Positions 51,736 to 63,188 of a stretch of DNA of 64,000 nt are shown piece after piece. The stretch covers positions 906-64,905 of the forward strand of contig DKFQ01000066.1 of assembly GCA_002452425.1 (NCBI GenBank), written 5' to 3'. The notes under the pieces are model-generated. The model was not told where the DNA came from, ran no database searches, and was given only the letters and a program-made list of their open reading frames with translations. Each line of letters begins with the position of its first letter. The first letter of the stretch is position 1. Made by a program: the position numbers and the translations under genes. Source of the stretch: Sulfurimonas sp. UBA6792. Its GTDB lineage: Bacteria > Campylobacterota > Campylobacteria > Campylobacterales > Sulfurimonadaceae.

Positions 51736-52869
51736 CTATTCTTGAGGATGCGTCTTCTCTTCTAAAAGCTTTTTAATCGTCTCAATATGAGCGCGGTTTA
51801 AAAAGTAGTGCTCATCCATCATCTTGTTAACATGATAGACCTCTGTTACCGTTATGCCGTAAGGGTCTTTCTTCTCTTTAACTATCTTACCGCTATCATC
51901 ATACGAATAGAGAAATAAAATCTTGCGTGTCTGTTGCACATAGTAAGTAACTACAATTTCATCAGAGTGCTTTTTCTCTAGTGCTACAATCACTTTATGA
52001 TCATCTTTGATGCTCTTATCAAGATTTAACTCTTCTCGCATCTCAGAGGCTAAGATATAACCAACATAAAACTTATTGTACAAATCATGGTATCTTTGAA
52101 CTTTTTGGCTCATTAAAAAATTGATATCAAGCACATATTTTTTATGGCTTCTGAGCATTTTTGTAATCCATGAAATAGTGTTGTAGTATCTAAAAGGGTG
52201 AAGTTTTAGCGTGTGCGCCTCGATCATCTTTTGGGATGTAACTCTCTTCTTTGGTAGAAGTTTTTTTGCATCGGTAGCAACGATATGCTCTAAAACACCT
52301 TTAGCTGAAAACTCGTTTGTAAGCCAAACACTACAGTAAGGGGGGAGTTGTCTCACGCCAGTCGCACCTTCATTAAGTATGATAAGCGCTTTTATCTCAT
52401 AATTTGGAAAGATAATCTCCAAAAGTGCCTTTTTCTTTCGAAGTCTTTTTCTCAGTTTTAACACGGACTTGACAAGCGTCATCTCAACAAAATAGAGCTC
52501 ATTATCTTTAGTGATAAACATCGCATCAAATTCGCTAATCTCTCTGCTCTTAGTTCTATAGACTATCTGCTGTTTTTCGCTGATAGAGAGAGTGTTTGCG
52601 TGAGATTTTATCTTGTCTTGATGAAACCCTTTGAGGACAAATTTTTCAATATTATCACTATTTGCTGCATACATAAGAAGTTTTTCATAAACAAAATTTT
52701 CAAACACTTCCCCCTCAAAAGAGCGGTAAGAGCTTAAAAAATGTTGGTCATCTTCACTTACGCCCTTTTTCATCAAAGAGAGTAAATAGTTTACATTATA
52801 ATCATAATGAAGTAGATTATCTCCTATATCGCTCTCATCCAATGTCTTAATTGATTTACTTATCTTCAA
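51736..52869 (-). CDS. Hypothetical protein, possible PD-(D/E)XK fold
   Basis: GEVFENFV...EFDAMF....LYFVEMT pattern. Confidence 0.55.
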   Translation of the reverse strand: MKISKSIKTLDESDIGDNLLHYDYNVNYLLSLMKKGVSEDDQHFLSSYRSFEGEVFENFVYEKLLMYAANSDNIEKFVLKGFHQDKIKSHANTLSISEKQQIVYRTKSREISEFDAMFITKDNELYFVEMTLVKSVLKLRKRLRKKKALLEIIFPNYEIKALIILNEGATGVRQLPPYCSVWLTNEFSAKGVLEHIVATDAKKLLPKKRVTSQKMIEAHTLKLHPFRYYNTISWITKMLRSHKKYVLDINFLMSQKVQRYHDLYNKFYVGYILASEMREELNLDKSIKDDHKVIVALEKKHSDEIVVTYYVQQTRKILFLYSYDDSGKIVKEKKDPYGITVTEVYHVNKMMDEHYFLNRAHIETIKKLLEEKTHPQE

Positions 52870-53822
52870 TAAACTATCTCACTATTACTAAAAAAATCAT
52901 CTATCATACTGCGGCACTCATGAGGGTCAACAACACGGTTAATCTTCACTCTTAGTGCTGAAGCACCGCTATACCCTTTGGAGTAGGTATGCAGATGCTT
53001 TCGAAACATTACAACTCCATAAGAGCCATAAAATTCAATCATCTTATCAAAATGTTCTAGGATTATAGCATGCTTGATATTTTTGTCAATTTCTTTTGTG
53101 CCTGATTTGAGTTGATGAAAAATCCAAGGTGCACCAACAGCCCCTCTTCCTATCATAACGCCATCCGCACCAGTATGCTCTAAAACCCATTTTGCCTTCT
53201 CGTAAGAGTCTATATCTCCATTGGCAATCACAGGAATCTTAATAGCCGCTTTTATCTCTTTTATAGCATCATAATCAACAGCCGCTTTAAATTTTCCGGC
53301 ACGTGTTCTTCCATGAACCGCCAAAAAATCTGCTCCGCTGTCCTCAACCACCTTAGCAATCTCGATATGGTTCTTTTTTTCAAATCCCAACCGAATCTTA
53401 ACGCTTGTAAACTCTTTGTTGGAAGTATCTTTCATAGTTCGGATAATGCTTCCCATAAGAGGAAGATTTAAAAGAAGGGAGCTTCCGCTTCCATGCCCCA
53501 CTATCTTTGGCACGGGACAACCGCAATTGAGGTCAATAACGTCTATCCCCTCTTGCTCGTTGAGTATTTCGACTGCATGCTTGATAACATCGACTTCTGC
53601 TCCGGCAATCTGCACAGAGTAAGGGTTTTCATTTGGGCTTTTTTCTATCATGGAGAGGGTTTTTGAGGAGCCGTGAACCAAAGCGTTGGAACTAAGCATC
53701 TCGCTAACTGTCAAATCAGCTCCAAACTTTTTCACGACACTTCGAAATGGCAAATCTGTATAGCCCGCCAATGGAGCCAATACATAGATGGGAGTATCAA
53801 AAGAGAGTTTTGTTTTGCTCAT
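52866..53822 (-). CDS. dusB: tRNA-dihydrouridine synthase B
   Basis: LAPLAG, DLNCGCP, VKIRLG, VHGRT, ANGDI, MIGRG. Confidence 0.93.
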   Translation of the reverse strand: MSKTKLSFDTPIYVLAPLAGYTDLPFRSVVKKFGADLTVSEMLSSNALVHGSSKTLSMIEKSPNENPYSVQIAGAEVDVIKHAVEILNEQEGIDVIDLNCGCPVPKIVGHGSGSSLLLNLPLMGSIIRTMKDTSNKEFTSVKIRLGFEKKNHIEIAKVVEDSGADFLAVHGRTRAGKFKAAVDYDAIKEIKAAIKIPVIANGDIDSYEKAKWVLEHTGADGVMIGRGAVGAPWIFHQLKSGTKEIDKNIKHAIILEHFDKMIEFYGSYGVVMFRKHLHTYSKGYSGASALRVKINRVVDPHECRSMIDDFFSNSEIVY

Positions 53823-53828
53823 CAGAGA

Positions 53829-54845
53829 CTATATAAAAAGGTTGATATCAAAATGTTTACCACACTCTCTTAGTGTCCTATACGCCTTAAAACGCGCATA
53901 TTCACCAGAAGAAGAAGCATCAAGAACCTCTTTTGCGGCTGTTAACATCTCCAAATCAAAAAGAGTAAAGAGGTAAGCTTCCATTGCCGCTTCATCCTCA
54001 TTACTAAGTGTCTCAAAAAGTTTCATTCTCTGCTCTGGAAGCATTGCTTTTGCTAATTTTTTAGATGCATCAATATACTCACTCACAGTAAGGTTCATCG
54101 CCTTAAAAAGAGAGAGGAGTACTTCATTAGATACAACTAGTGTGTCACTATCTGCATTGATTCTGGAGAGTATCGTAAAGAGAGCCTCTTTTGTGAGTGC
54201 ATTTTTATACTTCTCTATTGTATGTAATGGCGCTTTTTTCACAAAGTCCACATAGACTTCTTTGCATAAACTTGCATCATATCTGTTTGGAGAACTAAGA
54301 ATATCTTCAGCGCTTAAAACGCCTTTTTTATATCTGTTTCTCTCATTTTGAATCACGATAGCATTAGAGACTGGAAGAGAGTATTTTCTCAAATCAGCAA
54401 CTTCACCATTTCTGATACTGTTGATAACATTTAAAACATCATTTATCTTTTTATTGTCCACTTCAGCATTAAATTCTGCCGTTGGAAAAATAGTTGCATT
54501 ATCAACTAAAGAGCCTAATAACTGGTATTTCTGTGTTTTAAAAGAGTGAGAACGATTCTCTTTTCCAAGATACGCGTCTATGATAGAATCGACCATCTTT
54601 TCATGGTCTTTCTCGTACTTACGAAGTTTTAAGACACCCATCAAAGCATAAAAGGACATATGAAGCATGCTTGCAACATACAGAAGCACCATTGGTAACA
54701 CAACTAAAGCAGCGATAGATAATGGAGGCAATACCAAACCAAAAATAGTAATACTCATGCTCTCTTGCGTAACAAAAGCATAAACATACCACCCAATAAG
54801 AACGATTAAGAGCAATGACGCTATTGTATATTTTTTTAAATGCAT
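53829..54845 (-). CDS. Hypothetical membrane-anchored helical protein
   Basis: Two N-terminal TMs followed by a helical soluble domain; operon context. Confidence 0.7.
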   Translation of the reverse strand: MHLKKYTIASLLLIVLIGWYVYAFVTQESMSITIFGLVLPPLSIAALVVLPMVLLYVASMLHMSFYALMGVLKLRKYEKDHEKMVDSIIDAYLGKENRSHSFKTQKYQLLGSLVDNATIFPTAEFNAEVDNKKINDVLNVINSIRNGEVADLRKYSLPVSNAIVIQNERNRYKKGVLSAEDILSSPNRYDASLCKEVYVDFVKKAPLHTIEKYKNALTKEALFTILSRINADSDTLVVSNEVLLSLFKAMNLTVSEYIDASKKLAKAMLPEQRMKLFETLSNEDEAAMEAYLFTLFDLEMLTAAKEVLDASSSGEYARFKAYRTLRECGKHFDINLFI

Positions 54846-54858
54846 AACTTGCTTCCCT

Positions 54859-55209
54859 TTATTTAGATTTTTCTACTATTTCTCTACAATCTATGCAGTA
54901 TATAGCGTGAGGTTTCACTTTAAGTCTTTGAAAACCTATCGGGTCTTCACACATTTCACATATGCCATAATCACCGATTGCAATTTTTCCTAGTACGACG
55001 TTTATCTCTCGTAGCTCTTGTTCTTGCTGCTGCACTATCGCGCTCTCAACCATAGAAGAGTTATCTACCGATGCATGGTCACCCTCATCATTGAGTTCTA
55101 AAGTACTTAGTTGATTTAACTCCTCATTTACACCTCTAATGTTTTTGAGAATTTGCTCTTTTCTTCCCTCAAGAATCTCTTTAAAATACTTTAATTCACT
55201 CTCTTGCAC
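54859..55209 (-). CDS. dksA: RNA polymerase-binding factor DksA
   Basis: DEGDHA coiled-coil tip, YGICEMC..I...RL...P.A.YCIDC zinc finger. Confidence 0.93.
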   Translation of the reverse strand: MQESELKYFKEILEGRKEQILKNIRGVNEELNQLSTLELNDEGDHASVDNSSMVESAIVQQQEQELREINVVLGKIAIGDYGICEMCEDPIGFQRLKVKPHAIYCIDCREIVEKSK

Positions 55210-55222
55210 TTATCTTCCTTAT

Positions 55223-55681
55223 CTATTTGTGGTATGGGTGGTTGCTTAGCAGCGAAAATCCCCTATAAATCTGCTCAAGCAAGACCGCTTTGGCAATTTT
55301 ATGACTCATAGTGATATTTCCTAAACTTATAACGGAATCACCCTTTTTTAAGAAGTTTTCTTCAAAACCATAAGCACCGCCTATGAAAAATTTAATCGCA
55401 ATTTTACCATCTAATAGCTTACTAAATTCATAACTATCGATTAATTTTCCCTCAGGATGCAATATAACGTTAAAACTTTTTGCTACATGAGGTTCAAAGA
55501 GTTTAGAATAGAGCGCTCTGGAGGCGTCTGGTGAGATGGTGTGTGCTTTGGTTACATCTTTGTTAAAAAGTTCAATATCTTCCACTTTTGCAAAGCGAGA
55601 AATCATCTTTGTAAGCTCTTTATAGAGAGGATCGTATGTAGAGTGCTCTTTTTTTGCGATAGAGAGGATGTCAATAGTCAC
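55223..55681 (-). CDS. rlmH: 23S rRNA pseudouridine1915 N3-methyltransferase
   Basis: [30 protein letters not shown]. Confidence 0.93.
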   Translation of the reverse strand: MTIDILSIAKKEHSTYDPLYKELTKMISRFAKVEDIELFNKDVTKAHTISPDASRALYSKLFEPHVAKSFNVILHPEGKLIDSYEFSKLLDGKIAIKFFIGGAYGFEENFLKKGDSVISLGNITMSHKIAKAVLLEQIYRGFSLLSNHPYHK

Positions 55682-56241
55682 CGAATCAACCCGCTTCCAA
55701 TCACATGATATGTCACATGTGTAAAGGTGTCGTTCTCTTGTACTCCACCTATGGCAGCGACATAGTGTTTGGAGAGAGAAGCAATCTTGTCGAGTTTATA
55801 ACCAAGCACTGTGCTTACATCACTTTTTGTTGTGGTATCTCGATAGGCACCTAAACCGATGTAGTTTAAATCCATCTTATTTGCTTCTAAAACCTCATTT
55901 TCGTTATGTGTTGATATTCCGATAATTTTATCTTTGCCAACAACTTCTCTAAGGATTTTCACCGCTGTAAAGATATCTTTGTCGATAACTCTTAAATCTT
56001 CCTGCCCCACATGAACGCCATCACAAAACTCTATAAGTTCGTACGCATCATTGACAATTAAAAAACCATCATACAATTTCCGAATCTTGATAAGTTGCTG
56101 TTTGATAAAAGCGATATCTGCGTTTTTGTTGCGGTACTGGAGAATCTCTGCATTTTTTTGTTTTGCTATTTCGATAAAATCTTCAAGCAGAAGAGCCTTT
56201 TTATCTAAAAGCTCTTGATCACAAAGCGCATAAAGCCGCAT
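55678..56241 (-). CDS. thiE: Thiamine-phosphate synthase family protein
   Basis: [30 protein letters not shown]. Confidence 0.85.
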   Translation of the reverse strand: MRLYALCDQELLDKKALLLEDFIEIAKQKNAEILQYRNKNADIAFIKQQLIKIRKLYDGFLIVNDAYELIEFCDGVHVGQEDLRVIDKDIFTAVKILREVVGKDKIIGISTHNENEVLEANKMDLNYIGLGAYRDTTTKSDVSTVLGYKLDKIASLSKHYVAAIGGVQENDTFTHVTYHVIGSGLIR

Positions 56242-57086
56242 TACGCAACTTTAAGGAGTGTTAGGAGGTCTGAGAGTGTTTTTTTAAGATCGCCTCGATT
56301 GACAATCATGTCAATAGAACCTTTTTCAAGCAAAAATTCTGCACGTTGAAAACCATCGGGAAGAGCAGAGCCGATAGTCTGCTCGATAACCCTCTGCCCT
56401 GCAAATCCTACAAGTGCTCCAGGTTCAGCAATAATAATATCACCAAGAGTTGCGAAAGAAGCACTTACCCCACCCATCGTAGGGTCAGTTAAAACTGAAA
56501 TATAGGGAAGATTATAAGTTGCAAGTTTTGCCAGAGCTGCCGAAGTTTTGCTCATCTGCATCAGTGAAAAAGTACTCTCCTGCATTCTCGCACCCCCACT
56601 GGCACTTAAAATGACAAGCCCTTGTTTTTTTTCTATCGCGCGGTTGACTGCTCGCACAATCTTTTCCCCCTCAACAGAACCCAAAGAACCACCCATAAAG
56701 GCAAAGTCAAAAATCACGATTTGCACAGCTACACCGTTCATCCGGCACTCACCGCTTACAACAGAAGAGTTTTTGCCAGTTTTTGCATGTGCCTCTTCAA
56801 GTCTTTTTTTATAAGATATCTTGTCAGTAAAATTGAGCGGGTCAACTGGCTTTAAGTTTGCGTCATACTCAACAAAAGTACCCTCATCCGCCAAAAGTTC
56901 GATTCTCTCTTTGACACCTATACGGATATGATAACCACACTTTGGACAGACATGCTTCTGGTTTTCCACCTCTTTGTAGTACATCAAAGATTCACATGAT
57001 TTACACTTTACCCAATGCGCTGGCGCCTCGCTTTTCACGGGCTCTTTTGAGTCTTTGTTTCGAGAAAAAATACTTAAGAGGTTCAA
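56241..57086 (-). CDS. accD: Acetyl-CoA carboxylase carboxyltransferase beta subunit
   Basis: CxxC..CxxC zinc ribbon, [19 protein letters not shown]. Confidence 0.97.
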   Translation of the reverse strand: MNLLSIFSRNKDSKEPVKSEAPAHWVKCKSCESLMYYKEVENQKHVCPKCGYHIRIGVKERIELLADEGTFVEYDANLKPVDPLNFTDKISYKKRLEEAHAKTGKNSSVVSGECRMNGVAVQIVIFDFAFMGGSLGSVEGEKIVRAVNRAIEKKQGLVILSASGGARMQESTFSLMQMSKTSAALAKLATYNLPYISVLTDPTMGGVSASFATLGDIIIAEPGALVGFAGQRVIEQTIGSALPDGFQRAEFLLEKGSIDMIVNRGDLKKTLSDLLTLLKVA

Positions 57087-57147
57087 AAAATATCCTTTGA
57101 GACAATAATGGATGAAATTATAGCGAAATTCTACTTGATTTGAAAAT

Positions 57148-57174
57148 TTCCATATGCAGTTTTAGCATATGGAA
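57148..57174 (-). terminator. Hairpin after gltD
   Basis: TTCCATATGC-AGTTTTA-GCATATGGAA with a T-rich tail on the minus strand. Confidence 0.7.
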
Positions 57175-57182
57175 TAAGAGAG

Positions 57183-58568
57183 TTAAGAGAGTAGTTTTTT
57201 AACGATGCTTCTTGCCGCTTCACGACCGTCATAAGCTGCCGTTACGACCAAATCAGCACCTCTGTAGCAGTCGCCGCCTGCATAGATGCCTGCCGTGGTT
57301 GTTTCATGGGTCTCTTCATTGACGACTATACCGCCCCATTTGTTTGTGCTTATGCCGTTTTCTGCTAAGAAAGATGGGACTTCAGGGTCAAAGCCAAGCG
57401 ACGTGATGATAACATCTGCGTTTACTCTGTATTCGCTGCCTCTTACCTCTTCCATTTTTTGGCGTCCGCTCTCATCTTTTGCGCCCAAAGTTGTTTTGAC
57501 TACTTCAACAGCGATAGCGTTGCCTTTTTCACTTAGTATTATCTCTTTTGGTGCGGCAAAAAATGTAAAGTCAACGCCCTCTTCTACTGCATTTTTATAC
57601 TCTTTTTGACTTCCAGGCATATTGTGTGCATCACGGCGATAGAGACACATAACGCTCTTTGCACCCTCTCTCTTTGCCGTTCTTAGGCAGTCCATCGCCG
57701 TATCGCCGCCTCCGATAACCACAACGTTTTTATCTTTAAAATCAAATTTTTTATCATAAGAGAGTTTGAAATTTTTTCTTTGAATTGCCGTGAGATAATC
57801 CATCGCTTTGTAAACATTTGGTGCTTGTTCGCCGTTGATGGAAGCTTTTTTTGCTTTTGTCGCACCCACTCCGATAAACATTGCATCATGCTTGTCGGCA
57901 ATCTCTTCAAAAGTTATATCTTTGCCTACTTCACAGTTAAGCACCAACTCCATTCCAGCTTCTACAAGAAACTTTATACGACGCTCTATAATCTTTTTAT
58001 CAAGTTTAAAGTTCGGGATTCCATAAGTAAGAAGTCCGCCTGCTCTGTCACTTCTCTCATACATCGTCACAGCAATTCCTGAGCGTAAAAGGTAAGTTGC
58101 ACATGACAATCCTGCCGGACCGCTACCGATGATGGCTACTTTTTTGTCTGTAATGATGCCCGGAAAGTCAGGCTTGTAGCCCGCTTTAAAACCCTCTTCC
58201 GTGATGTATGTCTCAACTGAGCCGATTGTGATAGCACCGTGTCCGTCGTTTAGTGTACAGTCACCCTCGCAAAGTCTGTCATGTGGACAAACTCTTCCCA
58301 TGACTTCGGGAAACGGTGAGGGCTCATTTGAGAGTTTAAATGCAAACTCCAAATCCTTCTCACTTACGGCTTTAAGCCACTGCGGTACATAGTTATGGAG
58401 CGGACATTTGTTGAGACAAAACGGGTCTCCACACTGGATACATCTCTCACTTTGAGTTGCTGCTTCGTTCTTGTCAAAAACCTCATAAATCTCGCCAAAA
58501 TCTTTTGTTCTCTCAACGACTAATCTTTTTCTAGCTTCGATTCTCTCAGTATTTAAATACTCTCTCAT
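57183..58568 (-). CDS. gltD: Glutamate synthase small subunit
   Basis: RCIQCGDPFC..CP, GRVCP..LCE..C, GSGPAG, GGGDTAMDC. Confidence 0.96.
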   Translation of the reverse strand: MREYLNTERIEARKRLVVERTKDFGEIYEVFDKNEAATQSERCIQCGDPFCLNKCPLHNYVPQWLKAVSEKDLEFAFKLSNEPSPFPEVMGRVCPHDRLCEGDCTLNDGHGAITIGSVETYITEEGFKAGYKPDFPGIITDKKVAIIGSGPAGLSCATYLLRSGIAVTMYERSDRAGGLLTYGIPNFKLDKKIIERRIKFLVEAGMELVLNCEVGKDITFEEIADKHDAMFIGVGATKAKKASINGEQAPNVYKAMDYLTAIQRKNFKLSYDKKFDFKDKNVVVIGGGDTAMDCLRTAKREGAKSVMCLYRRDAHNMPGSQKEYKNAVEEGVDFTFFAAPKEIILSEKGNAIAVEVVKTTLGAKDESGRQKMEEVRGSEYRVNADVIITSLGFDPEVPSFLAENGISTNKWGGIVVNEETHETTTAGIYAGGDCYRGADLVVTAAYDGREAARSIVKKLLS

Positions 58569-58570
58569 GA

Positions 58571-61500
58571 TTAATCTCCGATCTCTAAGTTCATAGGTAG
58601 TTTTGTTAGGTTTTTAGGCTTCACAAGCCAGAAATTTCTTACCTCTACTCTAAAGTTTTCAAGCAGTGCTTTTGCTTTTTTACTTCCAGTCTCTGCAAGA
58701 TAATCTTTGAGAAGTCTCTTCAAGTAGTGTCTTGCTTCATCGCTATCATCCGTATCGATGCGTACTGGCTCAACAAGCTCACGGTTAACATTTTCAATAA
58801 ACGTATGGTCAGCATCATAAACAAAGCTGATACCGCCCGTCATACCTGCACCAAAGTTGATACCGGTACGTCCTAAGATAACTACAACACCGCCTGTCAT
58901 ATACTCACAAGCATTATCTCCCGTTCCCTCTACAACCGCGAGTGCGCCTGAGTTACGTACACCAAATCGCTCGCCGACACTTCCGGAGATATAGAGTTTT
59001 CCGCCTGTTGCGCCATAGAGACATGTATTGCCCCCTGCTGCAAACTTTTCACCCTCGTTTGATGATTTGATGATTATCTTGCCGCCGTGCATACCCTTGC
59101 CGATATAGTCATTTGCTACACCCTCAAGATAGAGAGATACACCCGGAACTAAAAATGCGCCGAGTGCCTGCCCTGAGATTCCTGTAAGGTTAATGCGTAT
59201 AGTATCGCTTGCAAGACCCTTATCTCCATAATACTGAGCTATCTCACCGCTGATGAGTGCGCCGAAACTTCTGTTGACATTTGTAATCTCACGAGTAATG
59301 CGTACCTGATTTTTTGGATGCTTGATAGAGTTCATTGCCTCTTTTAAAACATCTTTTTCAAAGCTGTTGTCATCAAAAGGAGCGTTACATGGCTCTTGAC
59401 ATGTATTGACACCCTTTTCTTGATGCAGAAGTGCGCTAAAATCAAATTTTTGTGCAAATGTGTCATCTACCACTTTAAAGAGGTCGCTTCTTCCAATCAT
59501 CTCTTCCATTGTTCTAAAGCCAAGTTCTGCCATGATAGAGCGAACATCTTCTGCTAAAAGCGTGAAGTAGTTTACTAGCTGATGTACATGCCCTTTGAAA
59601 AACTCTTGACGAAGCTTCTCGTTTTGCGTTGCTATACCTACAGAGCATTTGTTGACGTGGCAGATACGAAGCATCTTACAACCGACAATCGTTAAAACTC
59701 CAGTACCAAACGCATAGCTCTCTGCTCCCAAAAGTGCCGCTTTTACGACATCAAGACCTGTTTTTAGTCCGCCGTCAGCCTGAACTTCTACTAAACCTCT
59801 GAGGTTATTTGCTTTTAGTGCATTATGCGCTTCACTAAGTCCAAGTTCCCAAGGATTTCCTGCAAACTTGATAGAAGTAAGCGGTGCGGCACCTGTTCCG
59901 CCGTCTCCGCCGGAGATGATAATCTTGTCGGCATACGCTTTTGCAACACCCGCTGCAATCGTTCCAACACCCAAAGTTGAAACAAGTTTTACCGCTACTT
60001 TTGCTTTTGGATTGACCTGTTTTACGTCAAAAATCAACTGCGCCAAATCTTCAATCGAGTAGATATCATGGTGTGGCGGAGGCGAGATAAGCGTTACACC
60101 CGGAACTGTATGGCGTAGTTTGCCGATAAGTGGAGAGACTTTATGTCCCGGAAGTTGTCCGCCCTCTCCGGGTTTTGCACCCTGAGCAACTTTTATCTGA
60201 ATCTCTTCTGCGCTTCTTAAGTATGCCGCCGTGACACCAAATCTCCCCGATGCAACCTGCTTAATCTTAGAGTTTCTATCTGTTCCAAAACGCTCACTAT
60301 CCTCTCCGCCCTCTCCTGAGTTGGACTGTGCGCCTATCTGATTCATGGCAAGTGCTATGGTCTCATGCGCCTCCGGAGAGATAGAGCCAAGACTCATAGC
60401 AGCGGATGCAAACCTTTTGAAAATCGCCTCTTTTGGTTCAACTTCCGAGATATCTATAGCTTTTCTGTCCGACTTAATCTCCAAGAAATCACGGATAAAC
60501 TTCAAACCTCTTCCATTGACAAGGTTTCTTAGTTTCTCATAATCTTTCTTTGTTCCGCTCTCTGCAACTGCATGGATAGCTTGGATAACGGCAGGACCAA
60601 AGTCATGGTGTTCTTGATCTGTATAGAACTTGTAGTAGCCGCCGATGTTTAGAGGGAAAATCTTCTTAAAGCCGTTATCTTCAAATGCCTCTGCATGATA
60701 CTTTGCAAGTCTTGCATCAATATCTTCATAGTTTAGTCCACTAAGTGCGGCGTGAGATGTTGCAAAACAGTCGTTTACAACTTCATGGTTAAGACCCATA
60801 ATGTCAAAAAGACCTGCATTTCTGTAAGATGCAATCGTTGATATACCCATTTTGGACATAATCTTCAAAATCCCTGCATTTAGAGAGTTGTGTACTGCTT
60901 TAAGAGCTGCATTGCAGTCGATTTTTACAGCGTTAGATCTGTTTGCATGATCAATTACACTCTCTGCTAAGAGCTTAGGATGGATAGCATTTGCACCGTA
61001 CCCTATAAGCACCGCTGCACTGTGTGAATCAGAGACTTCACCTGTTACAGCCACCATAGATGCCAAATGGCGCACTTTTGCTTTTAAAAGAGCGATATTT
61101 AATCGTCCGATAACCATTGCCATCGGGATGATTCGCTTACTCTTGCTAAACTCATAATCATCAAGGATAATGATACGTGTCCCCTCATTTTTAACAGAAG
61201 ATATAATAGTCTCCACCAAAGCATCAAGTGACTTTTTCAAATCACTCTCATAAGCCGTGGAGAATGTTTTGTTGCGATAAAAATCTTGATAGCTAGGTGA
61301 TTTTTTGTCACCGAATGATTTTAAGATATTTAACTTCTCGCTTGTGATGATAGGCGAGATAGATTTGAGACGGTGTGCATGAAAAGGAACTTCATCAAGG
61401 ATGTTATGTACCTCTCCAAAGCCCGTATTTAAGCTCATAACCACTTTTTCTCTGATTGGGTCGATTGGAGGGTTTGTTACTTGAGCAAATTTTTGTTTGA

Positions 61501-63010
61501 AAAAGTCTGTAAATGCTCTTTGCTTCTGTGAAAAACATGCAAGCGGAGTATCGTCTCCCATAGAACCAACCGCCTCTTTGCCCTCAAGCATCATAGGCTC
61601 GATAACCTGCTCTACGACTTCATGAGTGATGTTAAAATATCTCTGTCGTGCGATAAGCTCTTTTTTATCATATTCCGGTTTTGACATATACTGATCTACA
61701 ACATGCTCTTGCAGGTAGATCATATGCTCGTTAAGCCACTTCATATATGGGTTGGAACTTTTTAGGTAGTCGTTGATTTCACTGTTTTTGAAAATTTTTC
61801 CAAATTTAAGGTCAAGTCCGATCATCTCGCCGGATTGCAGACGTCCTCTCTCTTTAATCTCCTCTTCAGGGATATCTACAACGCCATATTCACTTGCGAT
61901 AAGAAGCGTGTCATCTTTTGTAATGATATATTTTGAAGGGCGAAGACCGTTTCTGTCAAGTACACAGCCGACGTAGCGTCCATCTGTTACGGAAAATGCC
62001 GCAGGACCGTCCCATGCTTCAAAAACAGTTGAGTGAAACTCATAAAATGCTCTAAGTTCCGGATCCATATGAGGCGCATTTTGCCATGCAGCAGGGATAA
62101 CCGCACGAACTGCTTTGAAAAAATCCATCCCATTGACAAGTAAAAACTCAAAAAAGTTGTCCGCTGAAGCACTGTCTGAAGATTTTGGCTGCAAGATAGG
62201 AAGGATTCTTTGAATCTCCTCATCGGTAAAGACTTCACTCTTGATAGACTCTGATTTTATCTCAACATTGAAGCGATTTCCCTCAACAGAGTTGATTTCG
62301 CCGTTGTGTGCTACTGCACGGAAAGGTTGCGCAAGTCTCCACTCAGGAAGCGTGTTGGTTGAAAATCTTTGGTGAAAGAGTGAAAAAGAGATTTTGAAAC
62401 TCTCATCTTGTAAATCTTTATAAAACTCTTGGATATGCGTAGGCATAACAAGACCCTTATAAGAGAGAACTTTAGAGCTCATCGAAGCGATGTAAAAGTC
62501 TCTGTCCCCCTCTAGTTTATGCTCACTCTCTTTGCGTGAGAGGTAAAGCAGTGCTTCAAATCTGTTAGTAGCCATAATAGAGTTTGGAGTTATAAAAAGC
62601 TGTACGATAGTCGGAAGTGATGCGAGAGCTTGCTCGCCGAGTGCTTTTACATCAACGGGAACATCTCTTTTTAAGACTACTTTTAAGTCATTGTTTGCAC
62701 AAACTTCTTCTATGGTTGCAAGGTGATTTTTATCTTTTGTAAAAACACAGGCAACGGCAAATTGCGCAGGAAGCTCGATACCGCTTTTAGCAGCTTCTTT
62801 ACGCAAAAACTCTTCAGGCAAAGAGAGAAGCAAACCGCTTCCATCGCCGGTTTTTCCATCCGCTGCCACCGCACCTCTGTGCATCATTCTCTCTAATGCG
62901 GTTATGGCATCATCAAGAACTTTGTGTGACGCTTTGTTTTTGATATTTGCAACAAGACCAAAACCACAATTATCCTTGAATGATCTCAACAAATCATGAT
63001 ATGCAACCAT
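58571..63010 (-). CDS. gltB: Glutamate synthase large subunit
   Basis: N-terminal CG nucleophile, HQRFSTNT, HNGEIN, QGAKPGEGG, SPPPHHDIYSIEDL, 3Fe-4S Cys motif. Confidence 0.98.
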   Translation of the reverse strand: MVAYHDLLRSFKDNCGFGLVANIKNKASHKVLDDAITALERMMHRGAVAADGKTGDGSGLLLSLPEEFLRKEAAKSGIELPAQFAVACVFTKDKNHLATIEEVCANNDLKVVLKRDVPVDVKALGEQALASLPTIVQLFITPNSIMATNRFEALLYLSRKESEHKLEGDRDFYIASMSSKVLSYKGLVMPTHIQEFYKDLQDESFKISFSLFHQRFSTNTLPEWRLAQPFRAVAHNGEINSVEGNRFNVEIKSESIKSEVFTDEEIQRILPILQPKSSDSASADNFFEFLLVNGMDFFKAVRAVIPAAWQNAPHMDPELRAFYEFHSTVFEAWDGPAAFSVTDGRYVGCVLDRNGLRPSKYIITKDDTLLIASEYGVVDIPEEEIKERGRLQSGEMIGLDLKFGKIFKNSEINDYLKSSNPYMKWLNEHMIYLQEHVVDQYMSKPEYDKKELIARQRYFNITHEVVEQVIEPMMLEGKEAVGSMGDDTPLACFSQKQRAFTDFFKQKFAQVTNPPIDPIREKVVMSLNTGFGEVHNILDEVPFHAHRLKSISPIITSEKLNILKSFGDKKSPSYQDFYRNKTFSTAYESDLKKSLDALVETIISSVKNEGTRIIILDDYEFSKSKRIIPMAMVIGRLNIALLKAKVRHLASMVAVTGEVSDSHSAAVLIGYGANAIHPKLLAESVIDHANRSNAVKIDCNAALKAVHNSLNAGILKIMSKMGISTIASYRNAGLFDIMGLNHEVVNDCFATSHAALSGLNYEDIDARLAKYHAEAFEDNGFKKIFPLNIGGYYKFYTDQEHHDFGPAVIQAIHAVAESGTKKDYEKLRNLVNGRGLKFIRDFLEIKSDRKAIDISEVEPKEAIFKRFASAAMSLGSISPEAHETIALAMNQIGAQSNSGEGGEDSERFGTDRNSKIKQVASGRFGVTAAYLRSAEEIQIKVAQGAKPGEGGQLPGHKVSPLIGKLRHTVPGVTLISPPPHHDIYSIEDLAQLIFDVKQVNPKAKVAVKLVSTLGVGTIAAGVAKAYADKIIISGGDGGTGAAPLTSIKFAGNPWELGLSEAHNALKANNLRGLVEVQADGGLKTGLDVVKAALLGAESYAFGTGVLTIVGCKMLRICHVNKCSVGIATQNEKLRQEFFKGHVHQLVNYFTLLAEDVRSIMAELGFRTMEEMIGRSDLFKVVDDTFAQKFDFSALLHQEKGVNTCQEPCNAPFDDNSFEKDVLKEAMNSIKHPKNQVRITREITNVNRSFGALISGEIAQYYGDKGLASDTIRINLTGISGQALGAFLVPGVSLYLEGVANDYIGKGMHGGKIIIKSSNEGEKFAAGGNTCLYGATGGKLYISGSVGERFGVRNSGALAVVEGTGDNACEYMTGGVVVILGRTGINFGAGMTGGISFVYDADHTFIENVNRELVEPVRIDTDDSDEARHYLKRLLKDYLAETGSKKAKALLENFRVEVRNFWLVKPKNLTKLPMNLEIGD

Positions 63011-63188
63011 ACTAACTCCTAAATTCAGAAATTTCTGTAATTTTTTTACAAATTTAATCTATTTTTAAACTAACTTGTTCTATTTAAAGATTAAGCGTTG
63101 CATTATACATTTCAAAGGTTTAAAAATTTATAATACAGCTATATTTTTTCAGTAAAAATAAAAATAGTGTGTATAAAAGAAGCGGGCA

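Noticed and set aside
1007..62238. Numerous 60-170 aa ORFs antisense or out of frame within long genes
   Set aside because: They overlap well-supported housekeeping genes and show no recognisable motifs
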